A stretch of DNA of 64,000 nt from Polyangia bacterium (GTDB taxonomy: Bacteria > Myxococcota_A > Polyangia > Palsa-1104 > JAEUJZ01). The stretch covers positions 455,955 through 519,954 of the forward strand of contig JAXLYE010000001.1 in NCBI GenBank assembly GCA_046351595.1, read 5' to 3'. The notes beneath the pieces were generated by a model. The model had not been told where the DNA came from. It saw only the letters and a program-made list of their open reading frames with translations, and ran no database searches. Numbering within the stretch: the stretch's first letter is position 1; every line of letters starts with the position of its first letter. Made by a program: the position numbers and the translations under genes. Below are positions 1-10,400 of this stretch, in pieces.

Positions 1-1658
1 TGCACCGGGTGGCTGCTCGAGACCAGCGTCGGCGGCGCCTTGTTGATCTGGATGCTGAAGCGGCCCTCGATCGGGCTGGGCTTGAACATCGCGTCGACGG
101 TGACGATGTGGAAGTAGTTCAGGCCCTCGCTGGTCATGGCGGCGGGCACGCTGTGCGACTCGGTCATCAGGAAGCTGCCGGTGCCCGGCGTGGGCACCGA
201 GTAGCGCGTGGTGTTGAACGTGACGTAGTAGCCCTGGCGCGAGGACACCGGGTTGTTCCACGACAGCTCGACGCGGTCGAAGCCGTCGTTGTAGATCCGC
301 TCGGGCTCGGGGTGGCTGCTCGAGGTGATGAGCACCGGCGGCACCAGGCCCTGCGTCACCTTGCCGGTGAGCGTCGCACCGGTGGTGGTGAGGGTGTCGG
401 CCGCCAGCAGCTTGATGCGCCCCTGGCCGCCGGCTCCGCCCGGATCCGCGTAGTAGGACTTGCCGCCGGCTCCGCCTTTGGTGTCGAGCGTGCCCGAAAC
501 CGTGAGCTTGCCGCCGGCGAGCAGCAGCACGCCGCCGCCGGAGCCGCCGCCGCCGCCGCCCTTGCCCGATACGGTGTACTGGCCGCCTTGGGCGCCGACG
601 ACGCTGAGCGTGCCGGCGAAGGTGAGATCGCTGTCGGCGTAGAAGCGCAGCACGCCGCCGCCGACGCCGCCGCGCCCGCCGCCGCGCGCCGGATCCGACG
701 AGTCGGCGCCGGGCGCGCCGGGCGTCACCTCGATGTCGGTGTCGGAGCCGAAGGGCGGTCCGCCGGGGTTGTTGGCGGTGGCGCTGCCGCCGTGGCTGCC
801 CGCCGTGCCGTAGCCGCCGCCGCCGCCGCTCTCGTCGCTGTAGCGGCTGTCGACGCCGCCGCGGCCCTCGAACGAGCGGCCGATGGGGGTGACGCGGATG
901 GTGGCGCCGTTCTCGACGTTGATCTGGCGCGCGCGCAGCAAGAGCTCGCCGCTCGGCACGCTGACGGTGACGCCGCTGCGGATGATGACATCGCCCGAGA
1001 CCACGACCTCGCCGTCGAGATCGCGGCTGGCGGTGACGTCGAGCGAGGGCAGCGTGCAGGTGCCCTTGTAGCAGGAGGCGCTGCAGGTCTCGACCGAGGT
1101 CCAGGCGGTGCCGGTGGCGTTGCACTCCTCGACGGACTTGACGTTGCAGCGGCGGGCCTTGGGCGCGCAGCCGCCGGTGCACAGGCCCATCGAGCAGGAC
1201 ACCGCGCAGGTCGAGACGTGCAGCCACGCGGTGCCGGTGCTGTTGCAGATCTGCACCGAGCTGGCCGGGCCGCAGCGGTAGACGCTGGGCGTGCACGGGA
1301 GGTCGGCCCCGGCGTCGGGCGAGACCGCGAGGTCGCCGGTCCGGCCCAGGTCGGAGCCGCCGCCGCCGTCGCTGCTACCGCCTCCGTCCTTGCCGCCGCC
1401 GCCGAGGTCGGCGAGCGAGGGGGCCATGTCGACGACCTCTGTCATGCTGAGGTCCGCGCCCTCGGGCGGGGGCATGTAGCCGCCGCCCGACGAGCAGCCC
1501 GCGGCCGCGGCCAAGAGCAGGACGCCCCCAAGGAGCGCGCTCCGCACCGACGCCGCCGCCCCGGCGCGAGGACGGCGGGCAGGCGCGCGGTCGGCTGCGC
1601 CAACGAGCGAGCGATTCGAAATGCGAAGAGATTCAGGGGCCTGAGAGAGCAGCAACAT
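1..1658 (-). CDS. secreted lipoprotein with Cys-rich modules, Gly-rich beta-helix-like repeats and SSSHP surface repeats (3' end outside window)
   Basis: Absent from the ORF track because it runs off the window edge. Reverse-strand reading from ATG 1658 (AGGA 8 nt upstream) gives MLLLSQ...LLGGVLLLAAAAGCSS (lipobox). It continues with two C..CN.TGTAW..V.TC..SC..G.C modules, GGGGGGSGGGVLLLAGGKLTVSG repeats and ITSSSHPEPERIYNDG. GC3 is high in this frame. The + ORF 9..2117 is its antisense shadow. Confidence 0.75.
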   Translation of the reverse strand, partial: MLLLSQAPESLRISNRSLVGAADRAPARRPRAGAAASVRSALLGGVLLLAAAAGCSSGGGYMPPPEGADLSMTEVVDMAPSLADLGGGGKDGGGSSDGGGGSDLGRTGDLAVSPDAGADLPCTPSVYRCGPASSVQICNSTGTAWLHVSTCAVSCSMGLCTGGCAPKARRCNVKSVEECNATGTAWTSVETCSASCYKGTCTLPSLDVTASRDLDGEVVVSGDVIIRSGVTVSVPSGELLLRARQINVENGATIRVTPIGRSFEGRGGVDSRYSDESGGGGGYGTAGSHGGSATANNPGGPPFGSDTDIEVTPGAPGADSSDPARGGGRGGVGGGVLRFYADSDLTFAGTLSVVGAQGGQYTVSGKGGGGGGSGGGVLLLAGGKLTVSGTLDTKGGAGGKSYYADPGGAGGQGRIKLLAADTLTTTGATLTGKVTQGLVPPVLITSSSHPEPERIYNDGFDRVELSWNNPVSSRQGYYVTFNTTRYSVPTPGTGSFLMTESHSVPAAMTSEGLNYFHIVTVDAMFKPSPIEGRFSIQINKAPPTLVSSSHPV

Positions 1659-1993
1659 TGCGTGTCCTATGGTGTCGATGAGCTGAGCGGAAGAATCGGC
1701 AGGAGCCCGGGCAGCGCCCGAGCCGAGAGACGGGCAGCGACGGTCGGGCGCCGCTATCGGGCGCTGGCCGGGAGCCAGCCCGACGAGGCGGGATTTAACG
1801 AAGGCAACCCGCCGGAGTCAAGGCGCGCGCGCCAAAAGGCCCAGGCCGGGTGGGTGCACCGGCGCGGGCGTGATATGATCGTCGCGCAGCACCATCGGTG
1901 CGAGGTACCCACGTGGAGACAGGGCGCGCCCAGCCCGACGGCGGCATCACGAACGCGAGGGACGCCAGCGAGGCGAAAGCTGCGCCCGACGCC

Positions 1994-3462
1994 ATGCTCG
2001 GGCGGACCCTCGGCAGCTACCGCATCGTGCGCAAGATCGCGCAGGGCGGCATGGGCGCGGTCTACGAGGCGGTGCACTCGACGCTCGGGCGGCGCGCCGC
2101 GGTCAAGGTCATGCTGAACCGTCTGCGCGGCCACCCCGAGGCCGCACAGCGCTTCTTCACCGAGGCCAAGGCCATCAGCATGGTCACCCACCCCTGCCTG
2201 GTGACCATCTACGAGCACGGCACCGCCGAGGGCCCCAGCGGCGAGGACCAGGCGTACATCGTCATGGAGTTCCTGGAGGGCGAGTCGCTGCGCGCCCGCG
2301 CCGACCAGGCCTACCTCGGCGGCAGCGCCGTCGAGCTCGTGCGCCAGCTCGCCTCGGCGCTGGCGGCGACGCACCGCAAGCGCATCATCCACCGCGACCT
2401 GAAGCCCGACAACATCATGCTGGTCCGCGACGACACGGTGCCGGGCGGGGTGCGGGCCAAGCTGCTCGACTTCGGCATCGCCAAGGTGCTGCCCGGCGAC
2501 GAGGGCGACGACGAGGCCGACGGCGGGGCCGGCGGCGAGCCGGCCGCGGGGTCCGAGGCGCAGCAGCAGGCGCGCCGCTCGGTCAAGACGCGCACCGGGG
2601 CGCTGATCGGGACACCGACGTACATGTCGCCCGAGCAGTGCCGGGCCGCGTCGATGCCCGACGGCAAGACCGACGTCTACTCGCTCGGCGTCATCTTCTA
2701 CGAGCTGCTCTACGGCGAGCCGCCGTTCGTCTCGGAGTCGGCGGGTGAGATGTACGCACTGCACATGTTCGCGCCGCCGCCGGATCTGAAGAAGCGGGTG
2801 CCCGCGCTCAACCCGCAGCTCGGCGAGCTGGTGACGCGCATGCTCGCCAAGAAGCCGACGGAGCGGCCGAGCATGGAGGAGCTGATCACGCAGCTCCAGG
2901 AGCTGCCGCGCAGCGGGCTCGGTGACGGGCCGCTGCCCAGCCGCCCGAGCGCGTCGCAGGCCAGCGCCGCCGAGGACGACGGCAGCACGTCGTCGTTCAT
3001 GCGCCGGCACTTCGTCCTCGCCAACAGCACCACGGCCGGCGCCAGCAGCGGCGAGCAGGTGGCGCCGCCGCGGCCCGCGCAGCCGCAGCGCCGGCGCGGA
3101 CCGGCGCTGCTCGTCGGCGCGGCGGTGGTCGCGGCCCTGGCGCTCGGCGGCGCCTTCGTCGGCCTGCGCCGGCCGCACGCGCCCGCGGTGACGCCGCCTG
3201 CGCCCGCGCCAGCGCCGACGCCGACCGTGGCGCCGCCGCCCGAGCCGCCGCGCCCGCCTCCCCCGACGGCGGCGTCGCGGAGACCGCGGTGCCCGGCCCG
3301 GCGCCCGGTCCCGCGGCTGGTCCCGCGACCGGCCCGACGGCGCCCACCGCCCGCGCCCGTGCGCCCGAGGCCAAGCCGCCGTCGAGCCGCAAGGAGAAGC
3401 CTTCGCGAAAGAGCCCGCATGCAGCCAAGCGCGAGAAGTACGAGATCGATCTCTGGAAGTAG
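1994..3462 (+). CDS. Ser/Thr protein kinase, membrane anchored (apparent 1-nt frame break near 3260)
   Basis: ATG 1994 opens MLGRTLGSYRIVRKIAQGGMGAVYEA. Kinase motifs AVKVM, HRDLKPDNIML, DFGIAK and TPTYMSPEQ are present, followed by TM helix LLVGAAVVAALALGGAFVGL. After ~3265 the high-GC3 frame shifts by one base and ends ...KREKYEIDLWK-TAG (3460-3462). The track fuses this gene with the next one as 1898..4297. Confidence 0.8.
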
Positions 3463-4297
3463 GCTCGGCGCGCTCGTCGCAGCGGGCGTCCTCGTCGGGG
3501 CGGGCGCCCTGGTGGCGCCGCTAGCGCGCGCCGAGGATCCGGAGAGCGCGCGGCTGCGCAGCTTCCGCGAGCAGTACGAGCGCGCCGGCCGCGCCTACAA
3601 CAGCAAGGACTACGCCGCCGCCATCCCGGCGCTGCAGTCGGCGTTCGCGATCCAGCCGGCGCCGCAGCTCCTGTACAACATCGCGCAGGCGTACCGCCGG
3701 CTCGATCAGTTCGGGTCGGCGCGCGTGTACTTCGAGCTCTATCGCTCGATGTCGGGTGAGCTCAAGCCCGAGGTCGCCGAGACGGTCGCGCAGTACATCA
3801 AGGAGATGGAGGAGCGCGAGAAGGCCGCGCGCACGCCGCAGATCGTCGAGAAGACGCGCCTCGTGGTCGTCCAGGCCGAGAAGCCGCCGCCGCGCTGGCT
3901 GCGGCCGTTCGGCATCACCGCGGGCCTTGCCGGTCTGGCCTCGCTCTCGGTCGGCGCGGCGTTCCTGGGGCTGGACGGCCGCTGCCGCACCCCGGCGCAG
4001 GCCCCGGCGCTCGAGTGCGAGCAGGTCTACAGCACAAAGACGCTGGGGACGACGCTGGCCGCGGTCGGCGCCAGCGTGCTGGTGCTCGGCGCGGTGACGT
4101 TCGGGCTGTCGCTGAAGAAGCCCTCGCGCCCGGCCGTGCGCGAAGAGGCGCAGCTGCCGGCCGACACGCTGCCGTCGCTGCCGTCGCTGCAGCCGTCGCC
4201 GCTGCGGGTGCCGCAGGACGCCGCGGCGCCCGAGCGCGAGCCGCCGCCCGCGGGCTTTGGCGAGAGCGGCCCGCGCCAGCGAGCGAAAGCTCCGTAG
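3419..4297 (+). CDS. secreted/membrane TPR-like protein (paralog of 45767..46411)
   Basis: ATG 3419 opens signal peptide MQPSARSTRSISGSRLGALVAAGVLVGAGALVAPLARA/EDP. LLYNIAQAYRRLDQFGSARVYFELY aligns with LYLFNAGQAFRRGDRFIEARDAYEQF of the other copy. Two hydrophobic helices lie near the C-terminus. Confidence 0.7.
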   Translation: MQPSARSTRSISGSRLGALVAAGVLVGAGALVAPLARAEDPESARLRSFREQYERAGRAYNSKDYAAAIPALQSAFAIQPAPQLLYNIAQAYRRLDQFGSARVYFELYRSMSGELKPEVAETVAQYIKEMEEREKAARTPQIVEKTRLVVVQAEKPPPRWLRPFGITAGLAGLASLSVGAAFLGLDGRCRTPAQAPALECEQVYSTKTLGTTLAAVGASVLVLGAVTFGLSLKKPSRPAVREEAQLPADTLPSLPSLQPSPLRVPQDAAAPEREPPPAGFGESGPRQRAKAP

Positions 4298-4393
4298 TCC
4301 CGGCGGCTGCCGCCAAATCCGCGACGACGCGACGGGCCGATGCAGGATCCTGCGGATACCGTGCCCGGTACCGCGCCAGCGCTGCCGCAGAAA

Positions 4394-4409
4394 CCTGAAC
4401 CGGTTCAGG
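4394..4409. terminator. perfect 16-bp palindrome CCTGAACCGGTTCAGG flanked by A/T runs; candidate bidirectional terminator
   Basis: Sits between convergent genes ending at 4297 (+) and 4422 (-). Context is gaaaCCTGAACCGGTTCAGGattttt. A near-identical element occurs at 35084..35101. Confidence 0.5.
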
Positions 4410-4421
4410 ATTTTTCTGGGG

Positions 4422-5546
4422 TCACGCTGCGCTGCGCCGCGCGCCGTAGAGCCGCACGGTCTCGCGATCCGCGGCGACGGTCTGCTCGCGCCGCCAGCGC
4501 TTGAGCATGTACATGAAGTGATCGGCGCGCTGCACCAAAAGCGGCAGCGTCGTGGTCGCGGCGCCGTCATCGCGCGACAGGCCGATGCTCAGCGCCGGCA
4601 CGCCGCTGTGCGGGTGCGGCGTCGACAGCTGCGCCAGCCGCGCGAGCAGGGACGAGCCGTCGCCCTGCGACCCGCGCAGGATCGCGCAGAACTCGTCGCC
4701 GCCGACGCGCGCGACCAGGTCCGTCTCGCGCAGGGCCGAGCGCAGCGCCCGCGCCGCGGCCACGATCAGGCGGTCGCCGGCCGCGTGCCCCTGCGTGTCG
4801 TTGACCCGCTTCAGCCCGTCGACGTCGGCGTACAGCACGCTGACCCGGAAGCCGCTCGCGCGGCCCTCCTGCACCAGCGGCTCGCCCAGCGTGAGCAGCG
4901 CGCGGCGGTTGTACAGACCGGTCAGCTCGTCGGTGAACGCCTGGCGGCGGGCGTCCTCCTCGGCGCGCTGGCGCTGCGCCGCGTCCAGCAGCAGGCGGCG
5001 GCTGAGCTCCTCCAGATCCGCGGTCCGCGAGCGCACCGCGGCCTCGACCTCGCTGTGCGTCAAGAGCGCGCGCAGGCCCAGCGCGGTGAGCTCGGCGATG
5101 AGCTCCAGCAGGCTCACCTCCTCGGTCGAGGGGCTGTGCGGCGCGGCCCAGTAGCTCTCGATGGCGCCGAGCGGCGCCTCGGTCTGCCGGCCGAGGATCG
5201 GGACCGCGGCCACGCTCTCGATGCCGCCGGCCGCCTGCAGCGAGAGCGCGCGCGGATCGCTGGCGACGTCGGGGATGACGACCGGCCCGCGGCTGCGCAG
5301 CGTCAGCCCGCCGACCGAGGACTCGAGCCGGCGGCGCTCGTCGCCGCGCAGGAGCGCCAGCGTCGAGTGACGCGGGTGGAACCAGCCCCGCCCGTCGGCG
5401 AGCAGCACGCTGGTGCCGTCCGCGCCGACCAGCTCACGGGCTGCGTCGCGGACCACCTCGCCCAGGCGATCCAGGCTGCGCAGCCCGGAGAAGGTCGCGG
5501 CGATCTTGCTGAGGGAGCGAGCGGTGGTGCGGCTGCTGGCGGACAT
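4422..5546 (-). CDS. GAF-GGDEF diguanylate cyclase
   Basis: Start ATG 5546 (MSASSRTT) has GGAGG upstream; the track start 5723 is an off-gene extension. A GAF-like N-terminal half is followed by GLYNRR, RETD I-site spacing and an intact GGDEF (ARVGGDEFCAIL). Confidence 0.9.
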   Translation of the reverse strand: MSASSRTTARSLSKIAATFSGLRSLDRLGEVVRDAARELVGADGTSVLLADGRGWFHPRHSTLALLRGDERRRLESSVGGLTLRSRGPVVIPDVASDPRALSLQAAGGIESVAAVPILGRQTEAPLGAIESYWAAPHSPSTEEVSLLELIAELTALGLRALLTHSEVEAAVRSRTADLEELSRRLLLDAAQRQRAEEDARRQAFTDELTGLYNRRALLTLGEPLVQEGRASGFRVSVLYADVDGLKRVNDTQGHAAGDRLIVAAARALRSALRETDLVARVGGDEFCAILRGSQGDGSSLLARLAQLSTPHPHSGVPALSIGLSRDDGAATTTLPLLVQRADHFMYMLKRWRREQTVAADRETVRLYGARRSAA

Positions 5547-5822
5547 GGGAATCAGAACCTCCTGCCCCCGCTCCTTGCACGCGCGGCGCCAAGGTCTGCC
5601 GGCGCACACGCCGCACCGGCGGCAGCGGCAAGCCTGCGTGCGCCCAGCGGATTCTGAAAGCAGGGAGGGCGGGAGGCGGCTGCCCGCTCCTGTGCGGGCG
5701 CGCGCGCTGTGCAGAATCCGCACACGCGCTGCGAAGGCCGCAGCGTCTCTGGAAATTCAAGGATTCGCGGGAATTCCAAAGGCGGGGCCGAGCGCTCGCG
5801 GCCTCGCTCCGGAGTCGAAGGA

Positions 5823-7253
5823 TCAGGGCGTCGCGCTCCACGTCGTCCCGTCGAAGTGCAGCCGCTTGCCGGCCTTGCCGACGGCCCAGATGTCGCTGGC
5901 CGCGGTCCCGCCGAGGTCGTAGATGCCGACGGTGATCGCCTGCGGCGACGGGGTCCAGCTGGCGCCGTCGAAGTGCAGCATGGTGGGCAGGTTGCTGGTG
6001 CCGGTCACGGTCTCGCTGGCCGAGGCCGCCCAGACGTCGCTCGTGCCGCTCGCCCAGACCGTCCGCAGCGGCCGGAACTCGCTGAGCGGCAGGCCGAAGC
6101 CGAAGCCCGGCACGTCGCCCCAGCTGCCGCCGCTGCTCTTGTGCGCGAGGTAGCCGAACGGCTTGAAGCTGGCGCCCGACTGACAGAGCCCGGCGGCCCA
6201 CAGCGCGCCGTCGCGCAGGCCCCAGATGTCGGTGAGCGACGCGATCCAGCCGCCGGATGCGTAGCGTGTGCCCTCGGGGTTGCAGACGTAGGACTCGGAC
6301 CAGGCGGCGCCGTTCCAGTGCAGCAGCAGCGCGGCGTAGTCCCCGTCGGGCTCCTTGCCGCTGCCGATGACCCAGACGTCGCTCGCGGCGATCCCGAAGA
6401 CGCCGCGCAGCGCGCCGGCCATGCGGTCGTGCGCGATGCTGAAGCTGGTGCCGTTCCAGTGCAGGATGAGCGAGCCACCGACGGCCCAGACATCGCTCGG
6501 GCTGCTGCCCCAGACGCCCTGGAGGTCGACGGACGTCGGGCTGGCGACCGCGGTCCAGCTGGTGCCGTCGCGACGCAGGATGGTGCCGCCGTCGCCCACC
6601 GCGAAGGCCTGGCCGCCGCTCGTGGCCCACACCGCGCGCAGCGTCTGCGTCGTCGGGCTGGGCTCGGCGGCCCAGGCGCCGCCGTAGCGCAGGACGGTGC
6701 CGGCCGCGCCCACCGCGAACACGTCGCTGATGCTGACGCTCCAGACACCGAGGAGGTCGGCGGTGACGACGGGCGGCGGCGCAGCCACGACGAAGCGGCG
6801 GGTGTCGCTGAAGGCCGACGCGAGGTGCATGCCGCGCGCGCGCGCCGCGTGCCAGAAGTACGTCCCGGGCGCGAGCTCGCTCGGGGCGCGCGACCCGGTG
6901 CAGGTCTCGGCCTCGAAGCGCTGCCTCACGCTGGCGCAGGCCGCGTCCGCGCACAGCTCGACGAGGACGCGCTCGTTGCAGCGGTCGATCTGCCACGCGA
7001 ACACCGGCTGGCTGCCGACCAGCGTCTCGCCGTCCGCGGGCGAGGTCGGCACCGGCGCCGAGAACAGGTGGCGCGCCGGCTCCGCGATGTCTGCCCGCTC
7101 GGTCTCGGGCGACGGGCTGGAGCTGCACGCGGCCAGCACGAGCGCGAGCCCGCTGGCCGCCAGCACCGCGCACCGCCGCCGCCCCGTCCGGATCCCTGAG
7201 GTCTGCTGCGCACCGACGAGCTGACACCGAGTCTCTGGCTGGTTCGCTTCCAT
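5823..7253 (-). CDS. lipoprotein with beta-propeller-like W-rich repeats
   Basis: MEANQ...AVLAASGLALVLAACSSS contains a lipobox. Repeated blades have the form DVWAVG..G.ILHWNG..W. The start could instead be 7283. Confidence 0.75.
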   Translation of the reverse strand: MEANQPETRCQLVGAQQTSGIRTGRRRCAVLAASGLALVLAACSSSPSPETERADIAEPARHLFSAPVPTSPADGETLVGSQPVFAWQIDRCNERVLVELCADAACASVRQRFEAETCTGSRAPSELAPGTYFWHAARARGMHLASAFSDTRRFVVAAPPPVVTADLLGVWSVSISDVFAVGAAGTVLRYGGAWAAEPSPTTQTLRAVWATSGGQAFAVGDGGTILRRDGTSWTAVASPTSVDLQGVWGSSPSDVWAVGGSLILHWNGTSFSIAHDRMAGALRGVFGIAASDVWVIGSGKEPDGDYAALLLHWNGAAWSESYVCNPEGTRYASGGWIASLTDIWGLRDGALWAAGLCQSGASFKPFGYLAHKSSGGSWGDVPGFGFGLPLSEFRPLRTVWASGTSDVWAASASETVTGTSNLPTMLHFDGASWTPSPQAITVGIYDLGGTAASDIWAVGKAGKRLHFDGTTWSATP

Positions 7254-7473
7254 GGCACCCACCCCGACTGACACGGGATCCATCTTCCGTGCCAGCGCGC
7301 GTGGATAACGCAGGGATGCTGATCTTCGACGGTGCGCACGGCCGGCGCGGGCGCTCCTTCGGCAGAGCCAGAGTGTGCGGCGTCCGCCCACTGTCGCGCG
7401 CTGCCGCAGCGACCTCGGACGGTTCCCGAGGGCGCCGCCCGCCCGCGCGTTTCGTCTCCGCTCGGGGCGCGGC

Positions 7474-10400
7474 TTAGGGGAGGGACTCGGCGCGCTTTAT
7501 GAGGCCCATGCGCAGGTACAGGTCGCGGGCGCGGGCGATGTACTCGCGCGCCGCGCGCGTCGTGAGCAAGAGCGGCGCCCCGGCCGGCGACGGATCGAGG
7601 CGCAGCCGCCCGATCGCCTCGTGCGCCTCGGCCTCGTCGTACTGCATCTCCATGCGCTGCGCCTGCGCCAGCGCGCGCCGCAGCGGCCCGAGCGCGCGCT
7701 GCGGCCGCCCGCGATCGCGCAGCAGGAGCCCCTGCCACAGCGCCGCCGCCGGCCGCGCGATCGGGTTGGCGCGGGCGTAGCGCTCAAGGCGCTGCACGAG
7801 CTTCTCCTGGCTCGCGGCGAGCGACGGATCCGGGGTCCGCGCCAGCGTCGCGCGCCCGACCTCGAGCAGGACGCGGAAGCACACCAGGATGCCCGGCATG
7901 GTCAGCTTGGTCCGGATCAGCATCGCGATCGCGGGGCCGAGCAGCTCGCGGCTGCGCAGGGGCTCGCCGCGCAGCAGGAACAGCTGCGCGCGCAGGGCAT
8001 CGACGGCGTTGCGCGCCACCCGATCCTGCGAGGCGCTCGCGTGCGCGGAGGCGTCGCCGAGCTCGCGCTCGGCCCGATCGAGCTCGCCCATGCGCAGCCG
8101 CACCAGCGCGTTGATGGCCAGGGCCCAGGTCAGCTGCTGCACGTTGTGGCCTGCGCGCGCCAGGCGCTCGATCTCCTCGCCGTCGCGGAGCAGGCCCGGA
8201 AAGTCGCCCAGGTGCAGGCGCGCCATGCGCCGCACCAGCAGGCAGAACATGCGCAGCGGATCGTCGCGCAGGCGGGCGGCGCCGGCGACCGCGAGATCGC
8301 TCTCGTGCAGCGCCGCGCGCAGCTGGCCGGCGCTGACATAGACCAGCGCGCGGACCCGGCGCAGCCCGAGCTCGGCGCGCGGATCGGGCTTCTGGCTGCG
8401 GCGCAAAAGCGCCTCGGCGCGCGCGAAGTAGGCCGCCGCTCCGCGCCGCAGCGGCGTCAGCGACAGCACCAGCGCCAGGCTGCTGTAGCCGAAGACCTGC
8501 CGCTCGACGGCGCTGACGTCGTCCGCGGCGTTGGTGCTGCCGACCATGCAGTAGATCATCTGCAGCTGCTGCAGCGAGTAGAAGCTCGCCTCGCCCACGA
8601 GCGCCAGGAGCTCGGCCTCTTCGGCGCGCGCGCTGCGGTCGTCCGTGTCATCGCTCGGTCCGAACAGGTTGCTGGGCAGCGCGCCCGGGCCGCTGAGCAG
8701 CCGCTGCACCTGGCCCGCGGCCTCGCGCACGAGCCCGACGAGCAGGCCCGGGGTCCGCTGCGGCAGCGGCCGGCCCAGCGCCTTGAGGCCGACCTGGCAC
8801 GCCGCGGTGCACGCCGCGATCTGGCCCAGCCCGGCCAGCGCCTGCGCCAGCAGCCGGTGCGTCTGCGCGATCTGCAGCGGCGTGGCGTCGCCCTGCGGCA
8901 GGAGCTCGGTCGTGCGCCGCAGGATCTGCGACGCCTCGACCAGCGCGCCGCGGCGCAGGGCGTGCTCGCCCGCGTGCAGGCCGTGGTGCACCGCGCGCTC
9001 GGGCACGCCGCCGTGATCGAAGTGGTAGGCCAGCGCCGCGGCGTGCAGCGCGCCGTCGCCGTACAGCCGCTCCAGGGCGCCCGCGACCGTGCGGTGCAGC
9101 TGCCGCGTCTCGTGCGGGGACAGCTCGCCGAGCAGCACCTCGCGCAGCTTGTCGTGGCTGAAGCGCCAGCGCTCTTCGTGTACCTCGAGCACGCCGGCGT
9201 CGGCGCAGCTGGCGAGGAACGCCTCGCCGTCGGGGCACAGCTCGCCGAGCAGCAGCAGATCGACCTGACGCCCGGCCACCGCCGTAAGCTGCAGCGAGGC
9301 GTAGTGCAGGGCCGGGACGCGCCGCAGCCGCCGCTGCAGGAGCGCGCGGATCCCGACCGGCAGCGCCTGCAGCCGCGCGCCCGCTACCCCGGACCCGGAC
9401 CCGGCGCCCGCCTCCTCCGCCAGCGCGCGCGTGACCTCGATCAGGAACAGCGCGTTGCCCTCGGACTCGCGCATGAGGTGGCGCACGAGCTCCGGGTCCT
9501 GCCCGTCGCGCCCGAGCACCGCGGTGGCCAGCGCCGCCACGGCCTCGGCCTCGAGGCGCCGCACGCGCAGCAGCTGGCCGCCGGGCAGCTCCTGCGGCAG
9601 CTCGGGCCGCTCGTCGTCGCGGTAGCTGGCGACCGCGAGGATCGGCCGCGCCGCGAGCTGCGGCTGCAGGCGCTGCAGCAGCGTGATCGTCTCGCGCGCC
9701 GCCCAGTGCACGTCCTCGAGCAGCAGCACCGTCGGGGTTTCGACGCGCAGCAGCACCGACTCGATCACCGCGAGGAGCCGCTGCTGCGCGGCCTGCGAGT
9801 CGAGCACCGGTGCATCGGGGACGGCGCGCCCGAGCAGCACCGGCAGATCCGGCACCAGCTCCTTGAGCACCGCCGCGCTGTCGTCCTGGAGCTCGACGCA
9901 CAGGCTCAGCGGGCGCAGCGCCTCGGCCAGCTCCTGCAGCGGGCTGCCGCCGGCGTTGACCGACTGCGCCCGCACGACCTGCGCGCCCTCGACCAGCGCC
10001 ATCGTCCGCAGCTCGTCGATGAGGCGCGACTTGCCGACGCCGCTCTCGCCCGCCAGCAGCAGCAGGCTGCCCTGCCCCGCCTTGGCCTGCGCGAGCAGCG
10101 TGCGCAGGCGTGCCACCTCGGTGTCACGACCGACCAGCGGCGCCGCCGACAGCAGGCTCTCGCGCGAGGAGGCGAGCGTGCCGCTCAGCAGGACGCCGGT
10201 CTGCCGCGACAGCGCCGACACCACCTCTTCCGCGCTCTGGAAGCGGTGCTGCGGATCCCGGTGCAGGAGGCGCTGCAGCACCTCGTGCAGGACGTCGGGG
10301 ATCTGCGACAGGTCGAGCAGCGGCGGCGGCGGCGCGGCGCGGTCTGCCCCGTCCTCGCGCGCCCGGGTGCTCGCCAGCGCGCTCTCCCGCTGCGTCCCGG

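Noticed and set aside
9-2117. 702-aa + strand ORF (also 1754..3178 -, 2710..3420 -).
   Set aside because: The translation is Arg/Ala/Gly-rich with no motifs. It is antisense or off-frame to the lipoprotein gene (1..1658 -) and to the kinase, which carry the GC3 signal.
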